Positions 17,681 through 26,454 of a DNA stretch of 64,000 bases are shown here, in pieces; the stretch's first letter is position 1; each line of letters opens with the position of its first letter. The translations under genes were made by a program, and so were the position numbers. A model generated the notes under the pieces. It did no database searches. It saw only the letters and a list, made by a program, of their open reading frames with translations, and was not told the DNA's origin. The DNA lies in contig JAJYUY010000001.1 of NCBI GenBank assembly GCA_021792295.1, positions 6,409 to 70,408 on the forward strand, read 5' to 3'. Source of the DNA: Candidatus Micrarchaeota archaeon (lineage in GTDB: Archaea > Micrarchaeota > Micrarchaeia > Micrarchaeales > Micrarchaeaceae).

Positions 17681-18687
17681 TGGTGCGGATGAGCGCAAAT
17701 CCCGACGATTTCCTGATCTTCAAGCTTAGGGCGCAGAAGGGAGGGGCTGAGGTCGCGGGGAAGCCGGTGCAGAAGGCGCCGGAGGCAGCGCAGGCGCCGG
17801 CGCGGAATGGGCTTTTCCACTGGCCGACTGCCGTACAGCCTGCACAGGCTGCGCCGGAGCCCGATAAGGGGGTTTCTGCGCAACAGGCCGAGGGTGAGGC
17901 AGCCGCGGCGAACGCGAAGCGCAGCTTCCTCGAAACAGGTGGATATGAGAGCCCAGAGCATTACTACAGGCTGGGCATGGAGGACAGGCAGATAAAGGAG
18001 GCGGAGAAGGAGGGTAAGTACTTCAACATAAAGAACAAGGCACACAACAGGGAGCTTGCAAAGGGACTGCACTGCTCTGTCCACCCGTGGAGGCACGCCT
18101 ATGCCATATGCAGCTCGTGCCACCGTCCGTTCTGCTTTGAGGACATCTCAGAGTACAATAACAGGTATTACTGCTTTAACGACATAGGCAGCGTCGAATC
18201 GAACCGAATGAACCGGCTGGTCTCGGAATACAGCGCCACCAGCCTGCTCGTGACGCTTGTGTCGGTATTGATGTTCCTCCTGTTCATGTACTATGCGAGG
18301 GCGCAGGTCGGGTATCTGTTCGGCTATGCAGCCAGCATAGGGATCGTCGCTTTCGTTAGGGGGATAACCTTGCAGTACATGCTCGCCCTTGCCAACCTTG
18401 CCATAGTGGCGGTTGGCGTCGTTTCAGGCCTCTACATAATATCGGGTTCCAGGAGCAGCAGCATTGTCGCGGCTGCCTTCGGCATTTTGGGGGTTGCGCT
18501 ATTCAGCTACGAGTACACGATATACCTAACAGGCTATCTCGGCATGCTCGCGCTGCTTGAGTTCGTGTCGTTCGCACTCGTAGTTTACACCACCACAACA
18601 AAGGTCGTGGTGAAGGAGGAGGGGTCGGAATCCGAGCGCGCGCTGGCAAGCGGGATGCAGTACTGGGCGCACGCCGGCGATTTCTAG
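17680..18687 (+). CDS. membrane protein with cytoplasmic B-box-like zinc finger
   Basis: The ATG overlaps the S26e stop (TGATG). CSVHPWRHAYAICSSCHRPFCFEDISEYNNRYYCFND is followed by four or five hydrophobic helices. Confidence 0.6.
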   Translation: MVRMSANPDDFLIFKLRAQKGGAEVAGKPVQKAPEAAQAPARNGLFHWPTAVQPAQAAPEPDKGVSAQQAEGEAAAANAKRSFLETGGYESPEHYYRLGMEDRQIKEAEKEGKYFNIKNKAHNRELAKGLHCSVHPWRHAYAICSSCHRPFCFEDISEYNNRYYCFNDIGSVESNRMNRLVSEYSATSLLVTLVSVLMFLLFMYYARAQVGYLFGYAASIGIVAFVRGITLQYMLALANLAIVAVGVVSGLYIISGSRSSSIVAAAFGILGVALFSYEYTIYLTGYLGMLALLEFVSFALVVYTTTTKVVVKEEGSESERALASGMQYWAHAGDF

Positions 18688-19508
18688 CCCTCGCCGACGC
18701 CGACCGCGCCGGAGATGCGGCGTGCAAGGTCCCTGAATATTTTGGAGAGTTTCTCATCCTCAATGGCAGGGACTTTCCCAGAGTCGCTTAGCGTGTTGAA
18801 GACAGGATCGAGCGGGACGCTGGCGAGCAGGTCGGTCCCCAGGCTCGAGATCACCTCTGCCAGGTTCGCGCCGGGGGATTCGCCGGCCATGTTCTCTACC
18901 ACCCCAAGCAACGGCACGTTGAGCCGCCTCGCCATCAGGCCCGACCTTATCGAGTTGATCGAGGCTATGCGCTGCGGGGTTGTGACTATTATGAAGCCGT
19001 CGAGAGCGAGAAGCTGCATTATGGTTAGCGGCGCGTCGCTGGTACCTGGCGGAAGGTCGAAGACCAGGTAGTCGAGCTCTCCCCAGTCGGTGTTCTCGAG
19101 GAGCTCGCCGAGCATCTTTGTTATTATCGGGCCCCTCCATATTATCGGGCGTCTCAGCTCGTCGATCAGCATTGCGGTTGATGCGACCTTGACCCCGTCC
19201 CTCACCACCGGTTTGAGCGGGAATCCTGTGCCCATCATCTCCTTTATGCCAAGAAACATGGTCACGTTGGGGCAGTCGATGTCTGCGTCGAGCAGCCCCA
19301 CCCTGAAGCCCTGCCGCGCTAGCGCATATGCGGTGTTGACCGCTATCGTCGTCTTCCCGACCCCGCCCTTTGCGCTGTACACCCCGATCTTGTGACGGAT
19401 CGCGCCGAGCCTCTGCCTTACCCGTTCCCTCTGCCTTATCACGTTCGCAAATGATGGGTGCGCATGCGCGGGCTCATCAGGCATATAATCACTGATTATC
19501 ACATCCAT
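18684..19508 (-). CDS. Mrp/NBP35/ApbC-family Fe-S cluster carrier ATPase
   Basis: IGVYSAKGGVGKTTIAVNTAYALARQGFRVGLLDADIDCPN (deviant Walker A). Length 274 aa. Confidence 0.85.
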   Translation of the reverse strand: MDVIISDYMPDEPAHAHPSFANVIRQRERVRQRLGAIRHKIGVYSAKGGVGKTTIAVNTAYALARQGFRVGLLDADIDCPNVTMFLGIKEMMGTGFPLKPVVRDGVKVASTAMLIDELRRPIIWRGPIITKMLGELLENTDWGELDYLVFDLPPGTSDAPLTIMQLLALDGFIIVTTPQRIASINSIRSGLMARRLNVPLLGVVENMAGESPGANLAEVISSLGTDLLASVPLDPVFNTLSDSGKVPAIEDEKLSKIFRDLARRISGAVGVGEG

Positions 19509-19685
19509 TTTGCCGCAATGGTATAAAGCGCTATTTGGGCGCGGCGTTTATTTTGGGTTTGCAGGCAACGGTTGGGCAGGCGATGGCGGAAACGGCCGCT
19601 AATCCGATGGAACGCGCCGGCTTTTCGCATAGGGCTAAATAACTTTCCAATCATAATAACAATACTTATTTATCGGTGCTTTAGA

Positions 19686-20036
19686 ATGAAAATAAGCGAT
19701 CTTAAGGTCGGAGCAAGCAACGTCACCATTCAGGGCAAGGTGGCGAAGAAGGAGGCGCCCAGAGAAGTGGTGACGAAGTTCGGCAAGAGGCTGAGCGTCG
19801 CAAACATAACACTTCAGGATGATTCGGGCTCGATAGCCATGTCGCTATGGGGCAACGACATCAGCACGGTAGACGAGGGAGACACCATAGAGGTGGAGAA
19901 TGGATACGTGAGCGAGTTCAGGGGAACGCCGCAGCTCTCGTCAGGCAAGTTTGGGAAGATAAAGGTTGTTGAGAAGGGAAGCGGGGGATCTGGTGAAAAT
20001 TCTGATTCCGCCCCCGAAGAGTTCCCGGAGGAGTAA
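19686..20036 (+). CDS. single-OB-fold ssDNA-binding protein with acidic tail
   Basis: ATG 19686 (MKISDLKVG...). OB pattern ...ANITLQDDSGSIAMSLWGND...IEVENGYVSEFRGTPQLS. Gly/Ser linker and acidic C-terminus EEFPEE. Confidence 0.7.
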   Translation: MKISDLKVGASNVTIQGKVAKKEAPREVVTKFGKRLSVANITLQDDSGSIAMSLWGNDISTVDEGDTIEVENGYVSEFRGTPQLSSGKFGKIKVVEKGSGGSGENSDSAPEEFPEE

Positions 20037-20043
20037 TGACAGG

Positions 20044-21048
20044 CTAGCTTCCTCCCCTTCTAGGGATCCAGTAGCGCATAGTATATATTAGGAACGCCAT
20101 GCCGAGGAGGACGCCGAACCATAGCGTGGCGATTCTCGTCAGTATGGTCGCCGCGGAGTTTATGGCGCTGTTGGTGCCGAAGGTCGCGCCTATGAGCGTC
20201 ACCAGCGCTGCGTCTGTGACGCCGATGTTGCCAGGAATGAAGCTGACCATACCGAATATCTGCGCGACGGCAAACACGAATATCACCTGGCCTATGTTAG
20301 GGACGAAACCCAACGCGAGGAGCGAGAAGTATAGAGCGGACGCGTTGAGTACGTCTGCAGGGATCGCGAACATTGTCGAGACCGCGTAGGTTTTGTGGTC
20401 GCCGAGGACGTTTTGCGATGCGAAGTAGGTGTTTATGCTTGGGCTGAACCGCCTCATGAACCCCTTTGTGTACCTACCCTCCCGCAGGAACCGGTAGGGC
20501 TTGTCATTCAGCACGAAAAGGAAGGTTATCGAGAGCAGCGCCACCGCGAACACAACATAGATTATGTATTTCTTGAAAAAGAACGCGGCGAAAAGGGTCA
20601 GCAGCGCAAAACCGAGGAAGTCGGAGAATATGTCCATCGTGACTATCGGGGCGACCTTCATGAACCTCTTTTTTGTGACCCTGTCAAGCGTGTAGCCCAC
20701 CACGACCCTGCCTGCCCTGCCTGGGGTCAGCTCCATCGAATACGCCGACAGGTATATCGCCAGCCCCTTCCATAGCGGGAGCTGTATCTTTAGCCGCCGA
20801 AGAAGGTAGAGCCATTTGACGAACCTTACAAGGTAGCTGAGGAGCACGAAGAGGATGGCCATCGCGAAATAGACCGGATTTGCTGAGAGGATTATGCTGA
20901 TGACCCTCCCGAACCCGCCGAACACTGCGAGGAGCAGCAGAACGATGAAGCTGGCAGCGAGCGCGAGCGCTATGAACCTCTTAGAGCGCCTAACCATGCC
21001 AAGGTATTCTGCCCGGTTGGGCTCCCTGCCCTGCGATCTTGCAGCCAT
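20044..21048 (-). CDS. flippase-like / lysylphosphatidylglycerol-synthase TM-domain (UPF0104) membrane protein
   Basis: 334 aa, polytopic. N-terminal pattern ...YFAMAILFVLLSYLVRFVKWLYLL..L is typical of this family. Adjacent to a glycosyltransferase. Confidence 0.65.
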   Translation of the reverse strand: MAARSQGREPNRAEYLGMVRRSKRFIALALAASFIVLLLLAVFGGFGRVISIILSANPVYFAMAILFVLLSYLVRFVKWLYLLRRLKIQLPLWKGLAIYLSAYSMELTPGRAGRVVVGYTLDRVTKKRFMKVAPIVTMDIFSDFLGFALLTLFAAFFFKKYIIYVVFAVALLSITFLFVLNDKPYRFLREGRYTKGFMRRFSPSINTYFASQNVLGDHKTYAVSTMFAIPADVLNASALYFSLLALGFVPNIGQVIFVFAVAQIFGMVSFIPGNIGVTDAALVTLIGATFGTNSAINSAATILTRIATLWFGVLLGMAFLIYTMRYWIPRRGGS

Positions 21049-21065
21049 TCACACCCGCCATTTGA

Positions 21066-22217
21066 TTACGACCCCACGGTTTTTAAGAATAGCTCCTCGT
21101 ACCTTTTAGATATCCTGTCCCACGAGTGCCGTTCAATTGCACGCTTCCTCCCGTTTGCTCCGAGCCTGCGCGCCAGACTCCGGTCCTCGAGTATCCTGGA
21201 AAGCCCATCAGCTATGCCTACCGGGTCCCCGGGCCTCGCGTATATGCCGGCGTTGCCGACCATCTCCGGAAGGCCACCGACCCTCGATGCCAGGATGGGG
21301 AGCTCGCAGGCCATGCTCTCTAGCGCAGCGAGCGATGCCGGCTCGTATATCGAGGGTATAGCGGATGCGTCGCCAAGGGCGTAGTATTTGGGCAGAACGT
21401 CGTCGCCAAGGCCGTACCTTATCCTTAGCCCCTTATCGATCCCGAGCCGCTTGGCGGTCATGCGCAGCTCCCGCTCCATGGGGCCCATGCCGAGAAGCAG
21501 CAGATTGGGCCTGCTTCCTGCATCATACAGTGCAGCCACGGCCCTCATCAAGTGGATGTGTCCCTTCTGGGGGATCAGCCTTGCGGTGCACACTATCGTC
21601 TGGCCCTCTAGCCCGATGCTCTCGGCGAGTGAGCGAACCTCCGGGTCCCTCCTGCTGATCCGCCTGAAGTTCTTGTAGTCCACACCGTTGTACACCACGT
21701 GTGCCTTCGGCAGCAGCCCCGCCGGCACTGTTGAGTCTATAGCATTCTTCGAAACGCCCGTTATAAGATCCGAACGTTTCATTATCCTTCGTCCCCACAA
21801 GATGTCATAGAGCAGCCCGCCGGCGTCAGTAAGAGCATCTATGCCGATCGGTAGTGAGTTGTGTATGGTCAGTGCAAGCTTGCCCCTGCCCTTGATCAGA
21901 CTGAGGTTGAAGTACATATACTGGTACCTGTTGTTTACGTGATAGAGGTCTGCCTTTTGCGCGGTTATGGCGCGGTTCAGCCCCTCGAATGAGAGAAAGG
22001 GCAGCGGCAGCCCTGGCAGATGCACCCTGTTCGCCCTTAGCCGAATGACGTCGATCCCCGCAATCTCCTCCCTATGCTCGTGATTTTTATCCTCCGGCGC
22101 GGAGGTTATTATGGTAATATTGTGGCGCTTTGACAGCCTGCTATAGACCTCAAGTAGCACCTTCTCTGTTCCCCCCTTGTAGGGGTAGAAAAATGGATTA
22201 AGCACACAGATGTCCAT
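21066..22217 (-). CDS. glycosyltransferase family 4 (GT-B fold)
   Basis: 383 aa. C-terminal EPASLAALESMACELPILASRVGGLPEMV (E-x7-E region). Confidence 0.8.
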   Translation of the reverse strand: MDICVLNPFFYPYKGGTEKVLLEVYSRLSKRHNITIITSAPEDKNHEHREEIAGIDVIRLRANRVHLPGLPLPFLSFEGLNRAITAQKADLYHVNNRYQYMYFNLSLIKGRGKLALTIHNSLPIGIDALTDAGGLLYDILWGRRIMKRSDLITGVSKNAIDSTVPAGLLPKAHVVYNGVDYKNFRRISRRDPEVRSLAESIGLEGQTIVCTARLIPQKGHIHLMRAVAALYDAGSRPNLLLLGMGPMERELRMTAKRLGIDKGLRIRYGLGDDVLPKYYALGDASAIPSIYEPASLAALESMACELPILASRVGGLPEMVGNAGIYARPGDPVGIADGLSRILEDRSLARRLGANGRKRAIERHSWDRISKRYEELFLKTVGS

Positions 22218-22309
22218 AGCTATCGGCCCTTAAGAGGAGGATTCTTCACATAGATATATAGCCCTTGGGCCGGCAGAATGTTGGCGTGTAGTCGATCCCT
22301 AATCTGGAG

Positions 22310-23788
22310 ATGATGAAACCGTTTCAGAAGAACCTATTTATACGGTTTCGGAGTAGATGGATTGTGGAGAAAGCTAGAAAAAGCATCGTTGTACTGATGC
22401 TGGATACCGTAAGGCGTTCGGCGCTAGAGGAGCCGGGGATGGGAAACATACAGAGCATCGCCAGGAAGGGGACAACGTACGCCAATGCGGTTTCCCCAGG
22501 CACTTGGACGGCGCCTTCGCATGCTGCGCTCTTCTCAGACAGGATGGTCTCGATGATAAGCAACGTTTCTAGGGATTTCTTCAAAACAGATAGGATAGAC
22601 CCGTGGATGGTGAGGACTAAATTCCTTGAAGACAGGGCAAACACCATGGCGGCCAAGCTATCCAAACTCGGATATAATTCCACGTTATTCTCAAACAACC
22701 CCTTCCTGACGAGTTCCACGAACCTTGGGGTGGGTTTCGACCGCGTTTACGATGTATGGCTGGATTCAAACCTGAAATACAACAGGGGCATGGCTGATAG
22801 GTTTATGCCCATAGTGAACGGCGGCGCGAGGGCGAGGAAGCTTATGTTCTGGACCAGCTATTTCATAACGCGCATGCTTCCAGGAACGTATCTCGACCGG
22901 CTCTACCTTAGCCTAAGGCAGAGGCTCAACGACGGGGTTTCGGAAGCGGACGGGACATACAGGCTGGACAAGGGCGCAAAAGACACCAACGCCATATTGA
23001 AGAGCTTCCTTGAATGCAAATATGACTACAGGCCTCAGTTCATATTCATAAACTACATGGAGGCACATGAAAACTACCCCGCAAGCAAAGAGGCCGCAAT
23101 CCCGGACAAGTGGCTCTACCTCGGGGGGATAAAGGAGCTGGATGACAGGACATGCAGGGAACTCTACCGCGCTTACAAAAGGCGCCTGCATTACCTTGAT
23201 AGAATGGTGGGGGAGGCGGTTGGAATGCTCAAGAAGAGCCCGATCATGGAGAATGCCAGCCTTGTCATAACATCGGATCATGGGCAGTTTTTCGGGGAGC
23301 ATGGATTGCTGTACCATTCGCTCCCCCCATATGAGGAGGTCTCCGGGGTGCCACTTATATTGGCAAACTATGAAAATGGGAGGCAGGTTGGCGAGAGGGC
23401 CAGCAGAGACGCACCGGTCTCACTGAACGCATTGCACAAATCCATAATTAGCATGGCAGAGGGCCGGAGCGACCATCTCAACGGCAATCTTAGAGATAGC
23501 AGGTATGTATTTTCAGAGCATATGGGCATAAGCGAGGGCTGGGATGAGGGGTTGCTCAGGCTGCTCAAGTCGCGATCGAAGAGCGCACGGGCCATATACG
23601 AGGCCAAGAACCGGTACAATAGGAGGGTCACCGCAGCGTACAGGGGTTCTATGAAGCTGGTGCACCGGTTTGGGAGGGGCGGTGACGAACTTTATGATAT
23701 TTCAAAGGACCCAGAGGAATCTGATAATATAATAGGCAATAATAGGGATATCGCACTAGAGCTTGCGCGATCGATTGGCTCAGCTTAG
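22310..23788 (+). CDS. alkaline-phosphatase-superfamily (sulfatase-like) phosphotransferase/phosphodiesterase with Thr nucleophile
   Basis: VVLMLDTVR, SPGTWTAPSHAALFSD (T-x-P-x-H instead of the sulfatase C/S-x-P-x-R), SDHGQFFGEHGL. Confidence 0.7.
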   Translation: MMKPFQKNLFIRFRSRWIVEKARKSIVVLMLDTVRRSALEEPGMGNIQSIARKGTTYANAVSPGTWTAPSHAALFSDRMVSMISNVSRDFFKTDRIDPWMVRTKFLEDRANTMAAKLSKLGYNSTLFSNNPFLTSSTNLGVGFDRVYDVWLDSNLKYNRGMADRFMPIVNGGARARKLMFWTSYFITRMLPGTYLDRLYLSLRQRLNDGVSEADGTYRLDKGAKDTNAILKSFLECKYDYRPQFIFINYMEAHENYPASKEAAIPDKWLYLGGIKELDDRTCRELYRAYKRRLHYLDRMVGEAVGMLKKSPIMENASLVITSDHGQFFGEHGLLYHSLPPYEEVSGVPLILANYENGRQVGERASRDAPVSLNALHKSIISMAEGRSDHLNGNLRDSRYVFSEHMGISEGWDEGLLRLLKSRSKSARAIYEAKNRYNRRVTAAYRGSMKLVHRFGRGGDELYDISKDPEESDNIIGNNRDIALELARSIGSA

Positions 23789-24616
23789 GAAATCGCTGGC
23801 GGCCGCTCTCACATATGGCTGCGCGCACACCGGGGCGCTGTTGTTTATTATCTCGCATATCTGCGCGGTATATATGTTGGCCGCACCGATGACAGACTGC
23901 GAGATTGTGGTGTTGGTGTTTTGCAGTGCGGCAGTTATCGTTCCCCAATCCTTCCCGTCGAATTGCATTGGGGAGATTAGAGATCCGCTTTCTATGTATT
24001 TGTTGCCGAAGTCAAGAAACGGTATGCCATTGGAGTACTTGTTGTAGATCGCGCCTAGGTCTGGCGGCAGCTGCATGAGCGAGCCATACGTCCTGTTCTG
24101 AACTTCGAAGGCTTTTAGGCGCAGGTAATTACTTGAGTAGCTCGAACCGACGAAGCTGAATGTTGGAGTGTTCGGATCGGTGTCTGTCGAGCTCGATGCA
24201 GAGTACTGCAGTCCGGTAAGGTTTCCGAAGCGCATGAGGGTGAGGACTATGGGCCATCTTGTCGCTGCGCAGAATGGGCAGTATTCTGCGCCGACATAAA
24301 GCATCACCGGTACGCCGCTGCTGTTCAGACTAGTTAGGTTAGGTCTTTTTATATATGCTGATGGATTGAGCCCGGAGTAGGCGGATGTTCCGACGATGCT
24401 CGCAAGCGTCTGGTTGTTTGCAATTGCATAGAGCGCGCGCATCTCAGACTTGCTTACGTTCTGCCCATAATACCCTGAGTTTGAGTTGAAAACGCCCATA
24501 GACAAGGAGTACCCGATTATCGCTATGATTAGCGCCGCCACCCCAACATAGAGCAGCGTGTTGCTTTTCTTTGAAGCCGGCGAGGGCTTGCCGACTGCGA
24601 TGTTCTGATTTCCCAT
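23780..24616 (-). CDS. DUF929 thioredoxin-like membrane-anchored protein
   Basis: N-terminal TM segment, then YVGAEYCPFCAATRWPIVLTLMRFG (CxxC). Confidence 0.7.
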   Translation of the reverse strand: MGNQNIAVGKPSPASKKSNTLLYVGVAALIIAIIGYSLSMGVFNSNSGYYGQNVSKSEMRALYAIANNQTLASIVGTSAYSGLNPSAYIKRPNLTSLNSSGVPVMLYVGAEYCPFCAATRWPIVLTLMRFGNLTGLQYSASSSTDTDPNTPTFSFVGSSYSSNYLRLKAFEVQNRTYGSLMQLPPDLGAIYNKYSNGIPFLDFGNKYIESGSLISPMQFDGKDWGTITAALQNTNTTISQSVIGAANIYTAQICEIINNSAPVCAQPYVRAAASDFLS

Positions 24617-24640
24617 AAAAAATATTAGGAACCATAGTTA

Positions 24641-24648
24641 TTTATATC
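24641..24648 (+). promoter_or_regulatory. TATA-like box for tRNA-Trp
   Basis: tttatatc lies ~24-30 nt upstream of the tRNA 5' end at 24672. Confidence 0.4.
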
Positions 24649-24671
24649 TCAGATTCGATTTTAAGCTGCGC

Positions 24672-24805
24672 GGGGTTGTGGCGTAACTTGGCAGCGTAGC
24701 AGGCTCCAGATGTTCATGTTGATTGAGCCGATGGCGATGATTAGGATCTGGAATTTCGAGCAATGAAGAAACCTGTTGGTCAGGGTTCAAATCCCTGCAA
24801 CCCCA
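24672..24805 (+). tRNA. tRNA-Trp (CCA) with 61-nt intron (24710-24770)
   Basis: Acceptor GGGGTTG/CAACCCC. D stem GCGT/GCGT with GG in the loop. Anticodon stem GCAGG/CCTGT, loop CTCCAG|intron|A. T arm CAGGG-TTCAAAT-CCCTG. Discriminator A. Confidence 0.8.
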
Positions 24806-24867
24806 ACCAACGTAAAGTTAGAATTGGATGGTTTACCTAAGAGGCGAGGTCTGAACCGAGTTCGCGT

Positions 24868-25527
24868 TTACCGTCTGCCTCCAGATTGAGGCATAAAGGC
24901 GAGCCTTGATGTGCTATGGCAGATAATCTTGCCCTTTCCAGTAAAGTTTGCAAAGAAGAGCCCAGCCCCACCAAGTACTGCAGCTCTAAGATTACCTACA
25001 TATTTTATATCATAATTTAGTGAGGGTTGGAAGGCTGCCAAATGACCTGGCTCTATCTGCACTTCTAATTTACCATCAAGGTCCGTTTCAACTGCGCCGC
25101 CAATCACATGTATAAAGATTGTCTGTGGCCCCTTGTGCCTTTGTAAGAATAAGCCTGCACCGCCAAAGAATGCAGCTCCTAGCGACACGGTCTGGATTTC
25201 TATGTTTCCTGTTGTGGAAGCGAGGTAAGCGAAATGCTCGACAAGAATCTCCTCACCTTCCTTAAGGTCAAATTGTAGTACCTTGCCTGGCAGAATGCCT
25301 GCAAGAGCCACCTCGCCATCATCGTTTGCAGTGAATTCTGCGAGAAAGATGCCTGTTCCAGTGAATGCCCTAACAAGCCCGCCTGTTGCGCCCCCCACTG
25401 CCCGCGCGCTCATATTTATATCGTTATCCTTCCTGACAAAATGCCCTGGATTCGCATAAAATGTTTCGCCCTTCTTGAGATTTACACTAAGTGTCTGCAT
25501 ATCTTCTCCAACAATAAGATATTTCAT
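24868..25527 (-). CDS. AIM24 / TIGR00266-family protein
   Basis: ATG 25527 is preceded by GGAGGT. MKYLIVGEDMQTLSVNLKKGE...PGKVLQFDLKEGEEILVEHFAYLA...GGAGLFLQ...GKGKI follows the repeated beta-rich AIM24 pattern. Confidence 0.75.
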   Translation of the reverse strand: MKYLIVGEDMQTLSVNLKKGETFYANPGHFVRKDNDINMSARAVGGATGGLVRAFTGTGIFLAEFTANDDGEVALAGILPGKVLQFDLKEGEEILVEHFAYLASTTGNIEIQTVSLGAAFFGGAGLFLQRHKGPQTIFIHVIGGAVETDLDGKLEVQIEPGHLAAFQPSLNYDIKYVGNLRAAVLGGAGLFFANFTGKGKIICHSTSRLAFMPQSGGRR

Positions 25528-25586
25528 ATAACCTCCACTTACCCTTAACATGGAAAAGTATAAAACTCTTCCTCTCAGATAGATTC

Positions 25587-25973
25587 ATGATGTCTTTGGT
25601 AGCAAAAAAGAAGCCTGTTACTGTGGTGGCTTTGCTCGTGTTGGGCGGATTGTTTGTATTGGCAGAAAGCCTTGCAGCATTATTCGCATTATATTACTTG
25701 AAAGTGTACCCATACGTATTCCACTTGAGCCTTGCGTACATATTTTTCAATGGCTTGGTTGCGCTTATATGGCTACCTGCAGCACTTTGTGGTATAGCCT
25801 TAATTGGCTGCGGTTTCATGGCAAACAGTACGGACGTAAGCAGGGTCAAGGTGTGGTCTATACTTGCAATGTTATTAAGTTTCTTCAGCCTTGCAGTAGC
25901 TCTTGGCGGATTCTTTTTAGGTTTCGTGTTTGCGTTTGCAGGAAGTATAGTGGGGATCAAATACGAGGGATAG
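25587..25973 (+). CDS. small four-helix membrane protein
   Basis: 128 aa with four hydrophobic segments. Divergent from the AIM24 gene across ~60 nt. Confidence 0.55.
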   Translation: MMSLVAKKKPVTVVALLVLGGLFVLAESLAALFALYYLKVYPYVFHLSLAYIFFNGLVALIWLPAALCGIALIGCGFMANSTDVSRVKVWSILAMLLSFFSLAVALGGFFLGFVFAFAGSIVGIKYEG

Positions 25974-26134
25974 ATAGACTGCTCGTATACGCAGATATAT
26001 TTAAGCATACAAAGCCCAATTGCGACGTTAACGCCATATATCTACAACCTCAGACAAATAATTTATCAGTATATGAGGCAGTCTGTCGAAGGGATGGCAT
26101 TTGAAATTCTGAGTTTACCAAAAGGTTTAAATAA

Positions 26135-26158
26135 TATTATGAATATATATTCATAATA
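26135..26158. promoter_or_regulatory. perfect 24-nt palindrome (candidate operator) between TATA-like box and SD of the DUF5320 gene
   Basis: TATTATGAATATATATTCATAATA is its own reverse complement (checked base by base). tttaaata lies at 26126-26133, aggtgag at 26158-26164 and the ATG at 26168. Confidence 0.5.
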
Positions 26159-26167
26159 GGTGAGACA

Positions 26168-26407
26168 ATGCCAAGACAAGACGGAACAGGACCTGGATAC
26201 AGACCTATGACGGGCAGGGATGTTGGGCCGTGCGGCTGCGGAATGCGAAGAGGATTCGGCAGAGGTTATGGAGGAGGGTTTGGTGTAAGGTATGCAGACC
26301 CTATTACCTTAACAAAAGAGGAGCAGCGGAAAGTCCTCGAGGCTGAACTCAAAGAGATTGAGACAGAAAAGCAGGCAATAGAAGACAGGCTCAAAGAAAT
26401 GGATTGA
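26168..26407 (+). CDS. DUF5320-family protein
   Basis: MPRQDGTGPGYRPMTGRDVGPCGCG followed by a C-terminal coiled coil is the family hallmark. Confidence 0.75.
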   Translation: MPRQDGTGPGYRPMTGRDVGPCGCGMRRGFGRGYGGGFGVRYADPITLTKEEQRKVLEAELKEIETEKQAIEDRLKEMD

Positions 26408-26454
26408 TTGCTAGCGTTTCATTTCTGTTTCTTGAACATTGAGTAGTTAATAAT

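Noticed and set aside
24719-24726. Treating the overlapping UUGA tetranucleotides near the 5' end of the tRNA-Trp intron as a box D in a circularly permuted C/D RNA.
   Set aside because: This requires assuming intron circularisation, a non-consensus D box and a guide with no identified target. It is kept only as a caveat inside the intron finding.
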